Both the position numbers and the translations under genes were made by a program. 64,000 nt of DNA from contig OX597840.1 in the NCBI GenBank assembly GCA_951406725.2, forward strand, positions 2,976,001 to 3,040,000. The letters run 5' to 3'. The DNA comes from Octopus vulgaris (taxonomy: Eukaryota). Of the stretch, positions 39,893-53,342 are shown piece by piece; the first letter of the stretch is position 1, and every line of letters starts with the position of its first letter. Below the pieces are notes generated by a model, which had not been told where the DNA came from, did not search any database, and was given only the letters and a program-made list of their open reading frames with translations.

Positions 39893-42513
39893 ATTATAAG
39901 TCTCCCACTGAGGAGGAAGCCGGTTTCTAACAAAGATATAAATCTCCATCTTTGGGTTGTAGTTAACAGACAAATTCACATTTGGAACTTGAGAAAAGTC
40001 TTGCATATTTTTAATGTTCCACTCACAGATTGCACTTGTAAGGTACGAATTACCTGGTCGATTTCTCTTTCTGAAAATCCCAGTTTATCCAGATTCTCCT
40101 TCAAGCATTTACTAACAAAACCTAGTGCTCTAGTTATTATTGGTATGAATATGAATTCATAGTCTGGATATAGAAGCTAGATGTTTCGAAGCAGTTGTCC
40201 TTAGATATCCTCTTTTTCTTTGATTTTCAAAGAGATATTTATATCTGCAGGGCAACTGACTTCTATGATGGTACATACATTGTCCCTCTATCCCAAACAA
40301 CAATATCCGGTCTGTTATATTTACATTTGACAGAAGTTTCGATGGGAATATTCCACCAGTATTCCTTGAGTTGGTATTAATAAATGTATTCAATAACAGG
40401 GATTTTCTAAGTTTATTTCAGGGCAGTCATTTTTGCGGATAACATTGTAAATTGTTTTAGCAACAGCATCGTGCTGCATAGGGAGGTAGTACCGTGGCGA
40501 CATCCTAGGTCAGCTGCTAATTACATGCGAGATGTCTTCCACAGAGACATGACATAGTCTATACATGCAGTTGCTACTTGGGGTTACAAAGGCGTCACTG
40601 TCTCTCTTTTTCACCAGTCAGTTTGTGGCAATTTCCTTCAAAGTGTGATGTGATGTAGTGATCTTCTGTCCAAGAGAGACTGCGATTTGTGTCAATTCTA
40701 CTGTCTTCTTCAAGCTTCCGGACAACATACCCATGCATAGTCTGTTTTTCTTTGTACGCTGAGTGCTTTGCATCCAGGTCTTCTCTGAGGTAAGAGAACC
40801 TAGCTTTTTGGGGATTGTATAGGAGATCATCAGGAACTCGTACAATGTTGCTCATTTCATTTTCCAGCACTGGATTTATATATTTACCTTTGCTGCTGTT
40901 ATTCAGCATGTGCTGCCTGAGTGATACCATACGGCATTCCAGAGCTGTCTGCACTGATTTCAGGCCTCTGCTACCTTCATTTCTTCTTAAGGTGATCCTG
41001 TCAACATCACTGTTTCTGTGGAAACTCCCAGATGTCATGATTTTGCGGGTTTTGGTATCTATGGAGTGGATTTCCTCTGCATATCAATTTCCTCTACAAT
41101 CAAGCATCCCAAACGTTGGAATCAGCACTGGTACAGCAAATTCATCGTGGGATATTTATTTTGTTGTAAGAGGAGAGTTCCAACTGCCATATTTTCCTAA
41201 GTCTAGTGTAATATTCTCGGGTCACTCTATCTTTATTCACAGTGCCTTCATATGATACATTTTCGTTAATGCCTAGGTACTTCTAACATTCTTTATGTGG
41301 AATGGAGATAGAGAGACCGTTGATGCACAGGTTTTGGGTTTCAGGGACTGCCTTGCCTCATTCTATAACCAAATATGAACATTTCTTTTGGCCGAATTCC
41401 ATGCCTTGTATCAGTTGCAAATGTTATTAATTCCATTTGTTTTTTGGCATTGTTAACACTTTTTGCATAAATCTTCAGGTCGTCTAAAGAAATTATGAGT
41501 TACATTGATATTTCTAACAGTTGAGAATCCTAGCATGTAACCATTTGTTTCTGCAGTAGGAACGATAATGGATTCAGTGCCAAAATGAAAAGAGATACAG
41601 AAAGACTATCTCACTGGTATATTCTCTTTGAAATAACTATACTATTAGAAACGATTATTCTGTTCTCAGTTGGAAGGATAAGAATAGTTGTCAATGTCTT
41701 TGCGAGTATCTCTATAGCAGCAGTTAAGATAGTAGGTACCTTTGCCAGGTGTAGGCACTTCAACAGCCATGAATGAGGGATAGAGTCGAATACCTTCTTA
41801 TAGTCAAACCATACTGTCACACGGTTTCTGCGTTGTTTTCTCACTTCAGACAGCGCAGCTTTGTTTATTAAAAGTTGTTCGGCACATTCCTACACTCCCT
41901 TCTTTCCACAAGCCTGTTCATCAGTCACAATGTTGTTCAACTCACAATGATCCTGGAGGAATTTGTTGAGGCAACTTGTGTACAGTTTGTACATAATTTA
42001 TAGGCAAGCAATGAGCTTGTAGTTCCCTGCCATCTCGGTGATTTCATTTTTGGCAACAAGATTTCTCCTTGCAGTAACAAGCCAATGTGGTATATCAGTC
42101 TGACTTTCTATAGTCCTTTGGAACATACGTATCTATTGGTTTCTATAAAATGTCAACTTCTTGCACCAATATCCAATTATTAGGTCTCTTCCAGGTGCCT
42201 TCCCCTTCTGCTGTTTAACGACTGCTATATCAAAGGTGTCTGCATCAATTTTATATGACTTACTATTAGTGTTGGTACAGCCTTCTCTTTTCGTTCCATA
42301 TTTTTGACCAGAATGATGGTAGATCTTCCTGGGAAGGAGCTTTCTTGAGGGTACTGTTTTCCTTCCTCATCTCTCTGTATAATGCTTGTGAGTTGGAAGT
42401 AAACTTTCGATTGATACTGGCTCGCTCAAAAATTCGCATGCGATGACGGAGTTTCCCTCTCATCGTCCTGAGTTCATGTTCTAAAGTGATTAGTTTTCCC
42501 TCAAGAACTCTGC
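39893..42513 (-). pseudogene. Degraded R4/Dong-type non-LTR retrotransposon (RT plus RLE), 5'-truncated
   Basis: WFDYKKVFDSIPHSWL and IYQ..SLS RT motifs (41844-41600), DDLKIYA (~41485), DVDRITLRRNEGSRGL, MHGYV; many stops and frameshifts; RLE remnant about 40000-40400. Confidence 0.88.
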
Positions 42514-42606
42514 GTGAAGAGTTGCCATAAAGTTTCGTTAATTTTTTTTATTAAAGTAGAGTTGGTGAGATGTAAACTCATTTTCTCCTTACATTTTATT
42601 ATTGTA

Positions 42607-42996
42607 CTAGCAGTATCGCCCGGCGTTGCTCGGGTTTGTAAAGGAAATAACTATATCAGCATTTTTAGAGATGTAAAGTATAATAGCCATCTCAATATGG
42701 CTAACCACAAAGGGGGATGTTACTGTAGCTTTTTACGTTCTGAGATTTAATAATAATTTTTTAGAGAGTTACTTCCCTTATATATGCCAAAAATGCATTA
42801 AAAATGGGAAAAATTTATGGTAAATTTTTTTAAATCGTAGACTCATCGTAGACGCGCGCTAATACCCAGAAGGGCTCGATATGAATCACGACTATAAGAT
42901 ACCCGGTTTTGTTTAAACTGCACTGCAAAATGTGGGAGTAGTTAGGAATCTAAATCGTAGGAGACAGACGCACAACTTGACTCTTATATATAAAGA
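42607..42996 (-). mobile_element. Non-autonomous Helitron
   Basis: Minus strand A^TC..CCCGAGCAACGCCGGG-CGATACTG-CTAG^T; 3' ~60 bp shared with 2672-3048. Confidence 0.85.
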
Positions 42997-43234
42997 TTTA
43001 ACCATCCTATATAGCGGCGCACGTTATTGATGTTTTCTTCAAGTTTTTTTTTCCATCTAGGTTGTTTCCGCTTAATTTCGTTACTTAGTTCACTGAAGAT
43101 TTATCCTAGGTTTTCCTTAAGAGCAATCGCAGCAGTGTATATAAGATTATTCATATCAAACGAGGGTCGCTCATCTGCTAATCATTGAAAAGTGAGATAA
43201 ATTGGAATACGATGATTATTAAATGCACTTTATA

Positions 43235-43608
43235 TACTCTTTTACTCTTTTACTTGTTTCAGTCATTTGACTGCGGCCATGCTGGAGCACCACCTTTAAT
43301 CGAGCAACTCGACCCCGGCACTTATTCTTTGTAAGCCCAGTACTTATTCTATTGGTCTGTTTCGCCGAACCGCTAAGTGACGGGGACGTAAACACACCTG
43401 TATCGGTTGTCAAGCAATGGTAGGGGGACAAACACAGACACACAAATATATACACACACTTATATATATATAAACATACATATATATATATACATACATA
43501 CGACGGGCTTCTTTCAATTTCCGTCTACCAAATCCACTCACAAGGCTTTGGTCGGCCCGAGGCTATAGTAGAAGACATTTGCCCAAGGTGCCACACAGTG
43601 GGACTGAG
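43235..43608 (-). mobile_element. SINE-B, 5'-truncated
   Basis: Consensus match. Confidence 0.88.
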
Positions 43609-44447
43609 CACTCGCCCAGTTTCTCTCTCACTCTTCGCCTTACCCTCTTTTCCTCTTTCCTATCTCTTTCCGTCTCCTTTTCTCTCTTTCTTCGCCTTTC
43701 TCTTCAACTATTCACCTGAAAATGTAACTGACGGGCTAAATAATGGAGGAAAAGGAAATTACGCATTTCACTCACCACCACTTCCCCAGCCCCTACCTTC
43801 ACCTCCTCCTCCACCTCTCTCCCTTACTCTCCCACTTTCCCTTTCTCCCTTATCACGTGAAAGCGTTACGGACGGGCTAAGTAACGGAAGAACCGGCAGA
43901 ATTTATTGTATACTTCTCCATCCTATCATCCTATCCGTGTGACATAATATAAAGTATCAATCGAGAACTGGGAACGATTAAATTGACTATAACCATCCTT
44001 GTAAAATCTCTGATCAGTTTGCCAAAATTCTAAACAGTTCTTTATATTTACATGAATCATTCCAGCTCAAAATTTTACCAATTCCTATAATTTTAACCAT
44101 TTTTCCATTCTACTATGGCGATAAGTCCCTATATTTGCATTTCTCTTCTATACCATATTATATATTATTATTTTCGTTTGAATTTTCAGTAGGGTTAGGT
44201 CACAGAGGAAGGATATGATGGAAAAGGTGATGTCAGAAAAACTGGCGTGTTGGTCATGGTAGGTCAGGATTTTGATGCTGACTCGTATATTTGTGGTGTT
44301 TTTCTTCATTTCTTTCTTTATTTTTTTGCTTATTTTCGAAGCTTTTTAGGTATAGGCTAAGATGTCGGTAAGGGTTCAAGACTTTCTCGACGCCCAAAAT
44401 TATGTGAAATACTAAATATCTGTGTTTGTATGTGTGCACGTGTGAAT

Positions 44448-44534
<87 letters not shown>

Positions 44535-44553
44535 TTATACACACATACATATG

Positions 44554-44600
<47 letters not shown>

Positions 44601-44902
44601 GCATAAAAATATAATTATACATATATTTTTAAACTCACACATAAATGTCTATATACACATTTATGTATATATATTATTAATATAATTTATATATATGTGT
44701 GTGTGTATGTGTGTGAATACATATGTATGAATGAATGCATAGAAACGCAGCATTGTACACACACAGGCTTATATATATATATATACATATATATATACAT
44801 ATATATATATACATATATGTATATATACATATACATGTTTATACATATATATATATATATATATATATTTATATGTATATATATATATATATATATATCT
44901 GC

Positions 44903-44954
<52 letters not shown>

Positions 44955-45256
44955 TCATATGTCGTTCTGTCGGCTCTGTGTTGTGCATAGGTGTATGAAG
45001 AATCTAGAATAAATTGTGTTTGATGTAAAAATGATAACGACATCGCTGTCATAATGATCCTACTTCTCGGCAGCATCAACAACAACATCATAATCACCTT
45101 TGCGTTCATTTTGGACGTCGATGGAAGCAGCAGCAGCAATGACAGTCTTGGCGTCAACATCAGTAGCAGCGACACCTCGTGTATAATAATTCACAAAATG
45201 ACAGATACAAAACAAATAAATTAATCTTAGAATAAATAAATTATATACACACACAT

Positions 45257-45294
<38 letters not shown>

Positions 45295-45444
45295 TTACGT
45301 GTATAGATACCTATACAACCTATATAAATACCTGTACATATATATACATATATACATATATACACATATACACATATATGCATAAATATACATATATACA
45401 CATATGCACATATATACACTTATATACACATATACATATATGTG

Positions 45445-45476
<32 letters not shown>

Positions 45477-45644
45477 GGTATGTGTGTGTTTGTCCGTGTA
45501 CATATATATAGATAGACTGATATAGATATGTGTGTATATATAAATATGCATATATATGCATATATATATATGTTCATATCTATCTATATGTCTATATATA
45601 TATATTTATCAATATCTATCTCTCTCTCTATATATATATGTATG

Positions 45645-45698
<54 letters not shown>

Positions 45699-45745
45699 GT
45701 ACATATACACACACATATAGACACATATACCTATGTATCTATGTT

Positions 45746-45779
<34 letters not shown>

Positions 45780-45791
45780 AACATGTTTATG

Positions 45792-45822
<31 letters not shown>

Positions 45823-45841
45823 GCATATATATATAAGCATA

Positions 45842-45878
<37 letters not shown>

Positions 45879-45932
45879 ATATGTATATATATTTATATAT
45901 ATATAAACATATCTCTCTCTCTCTCTCTCTCT

Positions 45933-45976
<44 letters not shown>

Positions 45977-46254
45977 AAAGAGAACGGTGGAAAAAATCTT
46001 ATGTAATAAAAAATGTATGTTAGAGATGATATATTACATGACCGTGTGATAAATTATATATCAACGCTGTCTGATATTTGAGAATAGTATCACACTAACC
46101 GTGACACATTGCAACCGAAGGTGCTAGCATTATGCCACGATTTTTATTTATTTATCTAATTATTTGTTATTTTTATTTATAATTTTTCTTTATCTTTTAA
46201 AATTTGTTTTTCTTTTTTTGTTACTGAGGGACAAATAATCTAATATTTTTAAGG

Positions 46255-46585
46255 TTGAAATGGTGTTTGAGGTGGTGGTAATTGGTGGTGGTGGTGGAGG
46301 TGGTGGTGGTGGCGACGGTAGTTGTGGTTGTGGTTGTAGTGTTGCTACTGGTTTTGGCGTTGATAGTGAAGCTGGTTATGTTGGAACGAATGTTGATTCT
46401 AGTGTTGGTGGTAGTGCTGGTTACGGTGGTTGTGATTGTAGTTGTGGTGATGGTGGTAGTGGTAATGGTGATTGTGCTAGTGGTGGTGTGATCGTTGTGG
46501 TAGTAGTGCTGGTGATGGTGGTGGTGGTGGTGGTGTTTGTGGTAATGGTGGTGGTGATGGTTGCGGTGATAGTATTGGCGATGAT
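46255..46585. repeat. Degenerate (GGT/GTT/GAT)n low-complexity tract
   Basis: Direct inspection. Confidence 0.85.
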
Positions 46586-46730
46586 CTGTACGTTCAAATG
46601 CCACCGTGGTCGACTTTAGATTTCATCCTATCGCGAGTAAAATAAGTACAAGTCAAGTTCCGGGGTCGAAGTAATCGACATTCCCTTCCCCTGAAAAACT
46701 GCTGCCCCCGTGGAAAAAATTTGCAACCAT
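46585..46730 (+). mobile_element. Diverged SINE-A fragment
   Basis: GTTCAAAT..GGTCGACTTT..TTTCATCCT..AAGTAC..GGGGTCGA. Confidence 0.6.
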
Positions 46731-46849
46731 GATGAATGTCCATATTGAGCACATACTATACCCTCAATGACAAGAAGGTAGCCAAAAAATTTCCGGTCAA
46801 GGATATTGGAATATTTATTTAAGTTATCTATACCTCACGTTGTTAAATG

Positions 46850-47082
46850 TCTCTTTTACTTTTTTACTCTTCTACGTGTTTCAGTCATTTGACTGTGGCC
46901 ATGCAGGAGCACCGCCTTTAGTCGAGCAAATAGACGCCAGGACTTACTCTTTGTAAGCCTAGTACTTATTCTATCGGTCTCTTTTGTTGAACCGCTAAGT
47001 TACGGGGACCTACACACATCAGCATCGGTTGTAAAGCGATGTTGGGCAGACAGTCACGGACACACAAATATATACACACATG

Positions 47083-47128
<46 letters not shown>

Positions 47129-47210
47129 TTCCTGAGCGTCCAATAATACTATATTTGTTCCACGTCCTCGCGTTGTTGTGTTTTTTTGTTGTTTTCTTGT
47201 TTGGATTAAC

Positions 47211-47248
<38 letters not shown>

Positions 47249-47400
47249 CGACGGGCTTTTTCAGTTTCCGTCTACCAAATCCACTAACAAGGCTTTGGTT
47301 GGCCTGAGGCTATAGTAGAAGACACTTGCCCAACGTGTCATGCAGTAGGACTTAACCAGGAAACATGGTTCGTAAGCAAGCTACTTACCACAGCCACTCC
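46850..47400 (-). mobile_element. SINE-B with a mini-element tail (47121-47211) inside its TA tract
   Basis: Consensus match; insert matches the reverse complement of about 20495-20585. Confidence 0.85.
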
Positions 47401-48072
47401 AACGTATGTTCAAATTTATACCATCCGTGACCATCCCTTCATTTCTGTTTTGTTTCTTTTTGACGCTTAATATAAAATCCACTCTAAAACATATGTCCTT
47501 TAACTGCTATTATTACCATTTAAAATGGCCGCTGACATGTACTTTCGTTTCTACATTAATGAACCAAATATTTTTGTTCCATAATGTAGAAAACCCAGCA
47601 AGCATTTCCGAGACAATTCAAAAAGTTTTAGCACCACTACCATCACCACCACCACCAAAACCAACAACAACAACAACAATACCACAACCAGCAGCTCCAC
47701 TACAAGAAGGAGATGAGTGTTGTCTGTAGGTTGGCGGTGGGGGCGAAGAAAGAGAATTAAATGAAGCACTAATTTCCAAAGCAAACACAAAGAGAAAAAA
47801 ACACACACGCTCAAAATAAATAATACAAAAAAATAAAGAATGTAGTCTAATTATTTAAGATTAATTACATCAATGTTAATGACCTTTAATTAACAAACGA
47901 TATATGAAAAATGGTTTGCATGAAACGGAAGACATTTGGCAGTGGAAAACAGAATGGAGATAAATTTCTGAGTTTTTGTTTTTTGAAATGTGATCGAACG
48001 GTAATGAGACATTGTACATTGTATTCCGAAGATTTTGGCAAATGTCTGCAAAGTGGAGGATAAGTGGATCAT

Positions 48073-48457
48073 AAGACGCTCGACCTCTATTCTCTAGAAA
48101 AACGACGATGCCGTGGTGATCTCATTCTCGCTCACAACATCATAAGCGGAAAGCGTAACCTCTCGAAAGAGCTGTTCTTCACTCCTGCTCCAGAACGTGG
48201 GGCCACTCTGAAAAGCTCTATCTACGACGATTTCATCTCAATCGAAGGAGAGAGGCTTTCTCCGTCCGGGTTGCGGATCCGTGGAATAAGCTGCCGGACG
48301 AGATTCCGACGACAGCTCGGTTCAAAGACTCTCTTGACCAGAAATGGCCTGAACTCTTTGCATGAACACCCTCCCTGTACATAACTCTATGTTCCCCTAC
48401 ATGGCCTTGCTTTTTGCTTTTTGAGCCAAAAAATTAACTTAACTTAACTTAACTTAT
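48073..48457 (+). mobile_element. CR1-like LINE 3' end with (AACTT)n tail
   Basis: LDLYSLEKRRCRGDLILAHNII (RRLRGDLI motif); FSVRVADPWNKLP in another frame. Confidence 0.85.
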
Positions 48458-48732
48458 ACAAGATCCCAGTGACTATCTTTGTCTGCCCGGGTGCTGGTAC
48501 GGAGCGGATCATTTCAATATTTACTGATACGCTAGGTTCAGTAACATCAAAAAGCACAACTTTCTATGTATGTACGTATGTATGTATGTATGTATGTACG
48601 TACCTCCCGACGATGGTTTGGAGTAATTAATTATTGGATTACATTTACATATGGATTGCAATAGACATGATTAATTCTCTTTGATTTCGTCGATTCTTTA
48701 CCACTTATTATGTGTGTATATATGTATGTATG

Positions 48733-48780
<48 letters not shown>

Positions 48781-48840
48781 CATAACTTTTCATGTATTCA
48801 GTTGGTTTTGCTCGTAATATGAATATATATATATATATAT

Positions 48841-49052
48841 AAATGAGAGAAAAACCACTATTATGTAATTCAAACAATGATAGACGTAAAACCTACCATA
48901 TAGAAAAAATAAGTTATATGATAAAGCTTTTACCTAGATCAAAGTAAAGTACATAATAATAAATAAGCAGTATATAATTAGTATTAAAATTTGATTTAAT
49001 ACTAAATCGAATTTTTCCCTGTAAGTTTGGAGTTATGCTCCCTAATATTATT
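48841..49052. repeat. Bipartite TA-embedded repeat (family of 2553-2663; one end alone at ~22012 and ~25023)
   Basis: AGAGA.AAAACCACTATT and TTCCCTGTAAGTTTGGAG..CTCCCTAA ends. Confidence 0.65.
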
Positions 49053-49054
49053 AT

Positions 49055-49109
<55 letters not shown>

Positions 49110-49111
<2 letters not shown>

Positions 49112-49303
49112 TCGCCATCATAGATCGGTAGCCACTACACACATTTTTTCTCTCCTCGTTTCTTTCTGTGTCCCTTTCTGTGGAAGAGCGTAAGCTTGAA
49201 ACGTAAAAATCTTTTTTCAATTCCCGAACGTTATACTAATACATCTGTTTGTTTTCTACACCTCCTGTCTTCGTCTTTTTTTTTTTTTTTTGTGAATTAT
49301 CCC

Positions 49304-49305
<2 letters not shown>
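49110..49305 (+). mobile_element. TA-embedded mini-element with variant hammerhead (core CTGTGGA at 49178)
   Basis: CTTT-CTGTGGA-A-GAGC-GTAA-GCTT-GAAAC-GTA-AAAA; homolog of 26943-27143. Confidence 0.65.
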
Positions 49306-49368
<63 letters not shown>

Positions 49369-49389
49369 GAGAGACAGAGAGAGAGAGAA

Positions 49390-49434
<45 letters not shown>

Positions 49435-50155
49435 AACAGACAGACAGAGATAGACAGAAAAAGAAAGTAAGAGACAGACAGACACGCAGATAGGAAAACA
49501 GAGACTGACAGAGACAGAGATAAAGAGACCATATTTCCACCGATTGAATTTCCCATTAGTGTGGATATTCTTTATGTATCGCCGTTTCCTTCAGCTGTAG
49601 ATAATAGTAAAAGATCGAAGGTTATGTCACACGACTTGCGCTGAAGACGATGAAATTTCAGACACACGTGATTTACTAAATTTACAAAACTGGGCATTCA
49701 GTGGGTACAGGTGATGAAACACGCAGAGGGAATAGGAAAACGTAAGTCTGCAAATGGCGTCGATATGCACGAAGGCAATTCTCCAATAACAGAAATACAC
49801 GCTAACTCATAGAGTTGCATACACAATCACCTACACATACATACAAGGCATCGGCGGGAGTGAAAGAGAAGGCAGAGAGTGAAAGAGAAATGCAGAAAGC
49901 ATTGAGAAATGAATCGCGAATTATATCAAAAGTAAGGAATCAGGTAAATGGCTAATAAATGCATGGATGTGCGTTTGTGTAAAATGCTCTGCCTTCTTTC
50001 TCTTCAACCTTGAAGAGTTACATCAACGAACGTTAACGCTTTGCCTTTCTTCTTCCATTCAAGTTTATTCTAATGTGCATTAGGTTCCCTTTCATTTGGA
50101 ACATATATATATATGTATATGTATGTATATATATATATGTGTGTATATATATATC

Positions 50156-50202
<47 letters not shown>

Positions 50203-50287
50203 GTATATATATATATATGTGTGTGTGAGTGAGTGTATGAGGTACGTATGTATGTAGGTATGAACGTGTGTATGTATGTATGAGTGC

Positions 50288-50329
<42 letters not shown>

Positions 50330-50411
50330 ATATATATAGGAATGGTATTATTAAAATACCATCACAAGTGGTAAGCGAATTATCAGCTGTACAGGAAAAT
50401 TAATAAATATT

Positions 50412-50448
<37 letters not shown>

Positions 50449-50624
50449 TTGTGTGTGTGCGTTTGTGTGTGTGTGTGTGTATGTGTGCGTGTGTGTGTGT
50501 GTTTATGTATATATACACAAACAAATATATGCATGTTTAAACATGTAATATATATGCGTGTGTATGTATGTGTCTGTGTGTGGAGGTATATATATGTATA
50601 AGCTTATATTTATTATTTATACAT

Positions 50625-50842
50625 GGCCTGGCTCTCCGTCGGTTACGACGACGACTGTGCAGTTGATTCGATCAACGAAACAGCCTACCATAAAATTAAC
50701 GTACATGTGGTTAAGCACTCCAAGGAAACCCGTGTACGCTTGCGGTTGTTCTTCAGGAGAGTCATGGTGTGACAATACTGGCCCCTTTGAAATATAGGCC
50801 CAGATCATTTATGCTAGATGACTGGACTACAGCAACGTGAAT
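50625..50842 (-). mobile_element. Diverged SINE fragment related to the middle of 12448-12947
   Basis: TGTGACAA..CTGGCCC.TTTGAAATA and TTAACGT..A.GT.G.T.AG shared. Confidence 0.55.
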
Positions 50843-51050
50843 TACGAGGGGTTACTGAAATGTTCCTGTCTTTAATGGTATTGTGAAACGCCTGGTTAGA
50901 GGCCAAACCTTCCGTGTTCTTTTACAGGGGTTAGAAAAACTGAAGGGCTGCTGCAATAAGTGAGTACATCTCAGAGCGTAATATGGTGAATAAAATCGTA
51001 CTTACCTGATCCTCCTATATATCTTTTTTACCCGGAGTCAGAAATAATTC
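50843..51050. mobile_element. Mariner-type MITE, inverted homolog of 19355-19577
   Basis: TACGAGGGGTTACTGAAATGTTC start; TTCTTTTACAGGG.TTAGAAAAA.TGAAGG shared. Confidence 0.6.
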
Positions 51051-51383
51051 AAAGCCGACATCTTTGAAAGCGTAACTTAAGAATTTTCTAAATTTCCCTA
51101 ATGTGACGATGCTGGTATTATTCGCTGAGATAGTCAGAAATCTCGTGGGCTTGTTAGTATGCTAAATTTCCACAGTATTTTCGCATAGTCATTTTTCGAA
51201 GACAAGTGAACTACATCAGTGATAGATATGCTGAAAACACTACACAATTCCTTCAAAACAGATAACAAAATGTCGCTTGTGTGGAACATTTTCGGAAATA
51301 ATATATCATATTCTAGCTTCGATAAACCACCTAATGGACACAAAAGCTTGCTCTACCTAGAACGCTTATAACAAAATTTGTCT
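51048..51383. repeat. 336-bp repeat with an inverted copy at 59234-59569
   Basis: Co-linear reverse complement, no indels seen; ORFs 51134-51343 and 59274-59483 nearly identical. Confidence 0.92.
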
Positions 51384-51593
51384 TTAGGACAAACTCGTAA
51401 GGTCTGTTGCTCAAGGGCACGACACTCAACCGACGAGAATGTATCATAGCTCTTCGCTCCTATGTTCGAAACTCAGAGTATTATAAGAACAACTTTTTAC
51501 GGTTTATTCTATATTATAACATATATAAATAATCCTATATTTATCTAATATCGAGCTCTCATTCTTTTGCTGTTACATTTTGGAGTAGAAAAG

Positions 51594-51639
<46 letters not shown>

Positions 51640-51643
<4 letters not shown>

Positions 51644-52235
51644 CTTTTCTACTCCAGACACACGGCCCAAAATTTTTGCGGGAGAGGGCCCAGTCGATTA
51701 GATCGACATCAGTACGCAACTGGTACTTAATTTATCGACCCCGAAAGTATTAAAGGCAAAGTCGACCTCGGCAGAATTTGAAATCACAACGTAAAAACGG
51801 GCAAAATACCGCTAAGCATTTCGCCCGGCGTGGCTGTGCGGTAAGAAGCGTACTTCCCAGTCGCAAAGTTTCGATTTCAGTCCCACTGCGTGGCACCTTT
51901 GTGTAATGTCTTCTACTGTAGCCTTGGGCCGACCAAACTGAAAGAAGGCCACGTACAAATGTATATGTATATGTATATATGTGTGTGTGTGTATGTGTAT
52001 GTGTCTGTCTGTCTGTCCGTCTGTGTGTCTCTGTTTGTCTTCCCATCATCACTTGACAACAGGTGCTGGGGTGTTTACTTCACTGTAACTTAGCGGTGCG
52101 ACAGAAGAAAGCGATAGAACAAGTACTAGGCTCACAAAGAATAATTCCTGGTTTGATTTCTTTAATTAAAAAACCCTTTAAGACGGTGTTCCAGCATGGC
52201 CACAGTCAAATGACTGAAACAAGTCATTGAATAAA
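51640..52235. mobile_element. SINE-A (minus, 51640-51830) abutting SINE-B (plus, 51830-52235)
   Basis: Consensus matches joined at CGCCCGGCG/TGGCTGTGCGGTAAG. Confidence 0.8.
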
Positions 52236-52272
52236 AAAGTACTAATGGTGGAATTTACCTGTTCCGTTGCTT

Positions 52273-52325
52273 CACTGCTGACGAGTCCCAATTACTGGAC
52301 GAAACCGCGGTGCTGTGTTCTAGCT
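52273..52325 (+). ncRNA. Schistosoma-like type I hammerhead, probably inactivated (GUG triplet)
   Basis: CACTG-CTGACGA-GTCC-CAATTACT-GGAC-GAAAC-CGCG-GTG-CTGTG-TTCTA. Confidence 0.7.
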
Positions 52326-52685
52326 TGGCTCATGGGGCATTTATCTTCACTCTAATTATATATAAATGTGGTTTTTACGCAGCCATAGGAGTTTTAAATT
52401 TTTACCTCAAGGCAGCAACTTCTCTGATTCAAATACAAAATGGCTGAATATTAGCATCAAGCTGTTTTGAACCATACATGTAACTTCCAATCTATGTATT
52501 GAGTGCCCTTCTTTCATTTGTCCACTCACTCGTATGCCTGTGTGTTAGTGTGCGTGTGTGTCTGTGTGTCGCTGAGTGTTTGTGTGTGTGTGTGTGTATG
52601 TGTGTGTGTGTGTGTGTGTGTATGTGTGTGTGTGTGTGTGTGTGTGCATAAATACCTCACATCGCATCACATAACGAAACATGTA

Positions 52686-52906
52686 TACTCTTTACTCTTT
52701 ACTCTTTTACTTGTTTCAGTCATTTGACTATGGCCATGCTGGAGCACCGCCTTTTTTTCGAGGAAGACGACCCCAGGACTTATTCTTTGTAAGCCTAGTA
52801 CTTATTCTATCGGTCTCTTTGTGCCGAACTGCTAAGTTACGGAGACATAAACACACCAGCATCGGTTGTTAAGCGATATTGGAGGGACAAACACAGACAC
52901 AAAAAT

Positions 52907-52941
<35 letters not shown>

Positions 52942-53090
52942 CATATATACGACGGGCTTCTTTCAGTTTCCGGGTACCAAATCTACTCACAAGGCTTTGG
53001 TCAACTCGAGGCTATAGTAGGAGACACTTGCCCAAGGTGCCACGCAGTGGGACTGAACCCGGAACCATGTGGTTGGTAAGCAAGCTACAA
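52686..53090 (-). mobile_element. SINE-B
   Basis: Consensus match. Confidence 0.88.
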
Positions 53091-53102
53091 ACATATACAC
53101 AC

Positions 53103-53143
<41 letters not shown>

Positions 53144-53342
53144 ACAAAATTAGAGAATGGAGAAACATACTTAAATCAATAAAACATCAACTATCCGATG
53201 ATACTCAATCCATACTTTAATACACCATTACATAGGAGTAAAGGCAATATATAAAATGAAATGAGATATACAGTAATAGTAAAAGTAAAAAAAGATAAAG
53301 AGATATAAGTAAAAAATTACAAATACAATATGCAAATAAATC

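Noticed and set aside
44990-45190. Possible exon ([21 protein letters not shown])
   Set aside because: Degenerate CAG/CAA/CAT triplet tract between microsatellites; no splice or homology support
46221-46619. His/Thr-rich or Gly-rich ORFs
   Set aside because: Low-complexity GGT/GTT repeat open in several frames
49635-49675. CTGAAGA..GACAC-ACGT-GAT hammerhead-like string
   Set aside because: GAAA box and NUH both broken; helix I not evident
51134-51343. Duplicated 69-aa ORF (also 59274-59483) as a small gene
   Set aside because: Non-ATG start, no recognisable motif, explained by the inverted repeat
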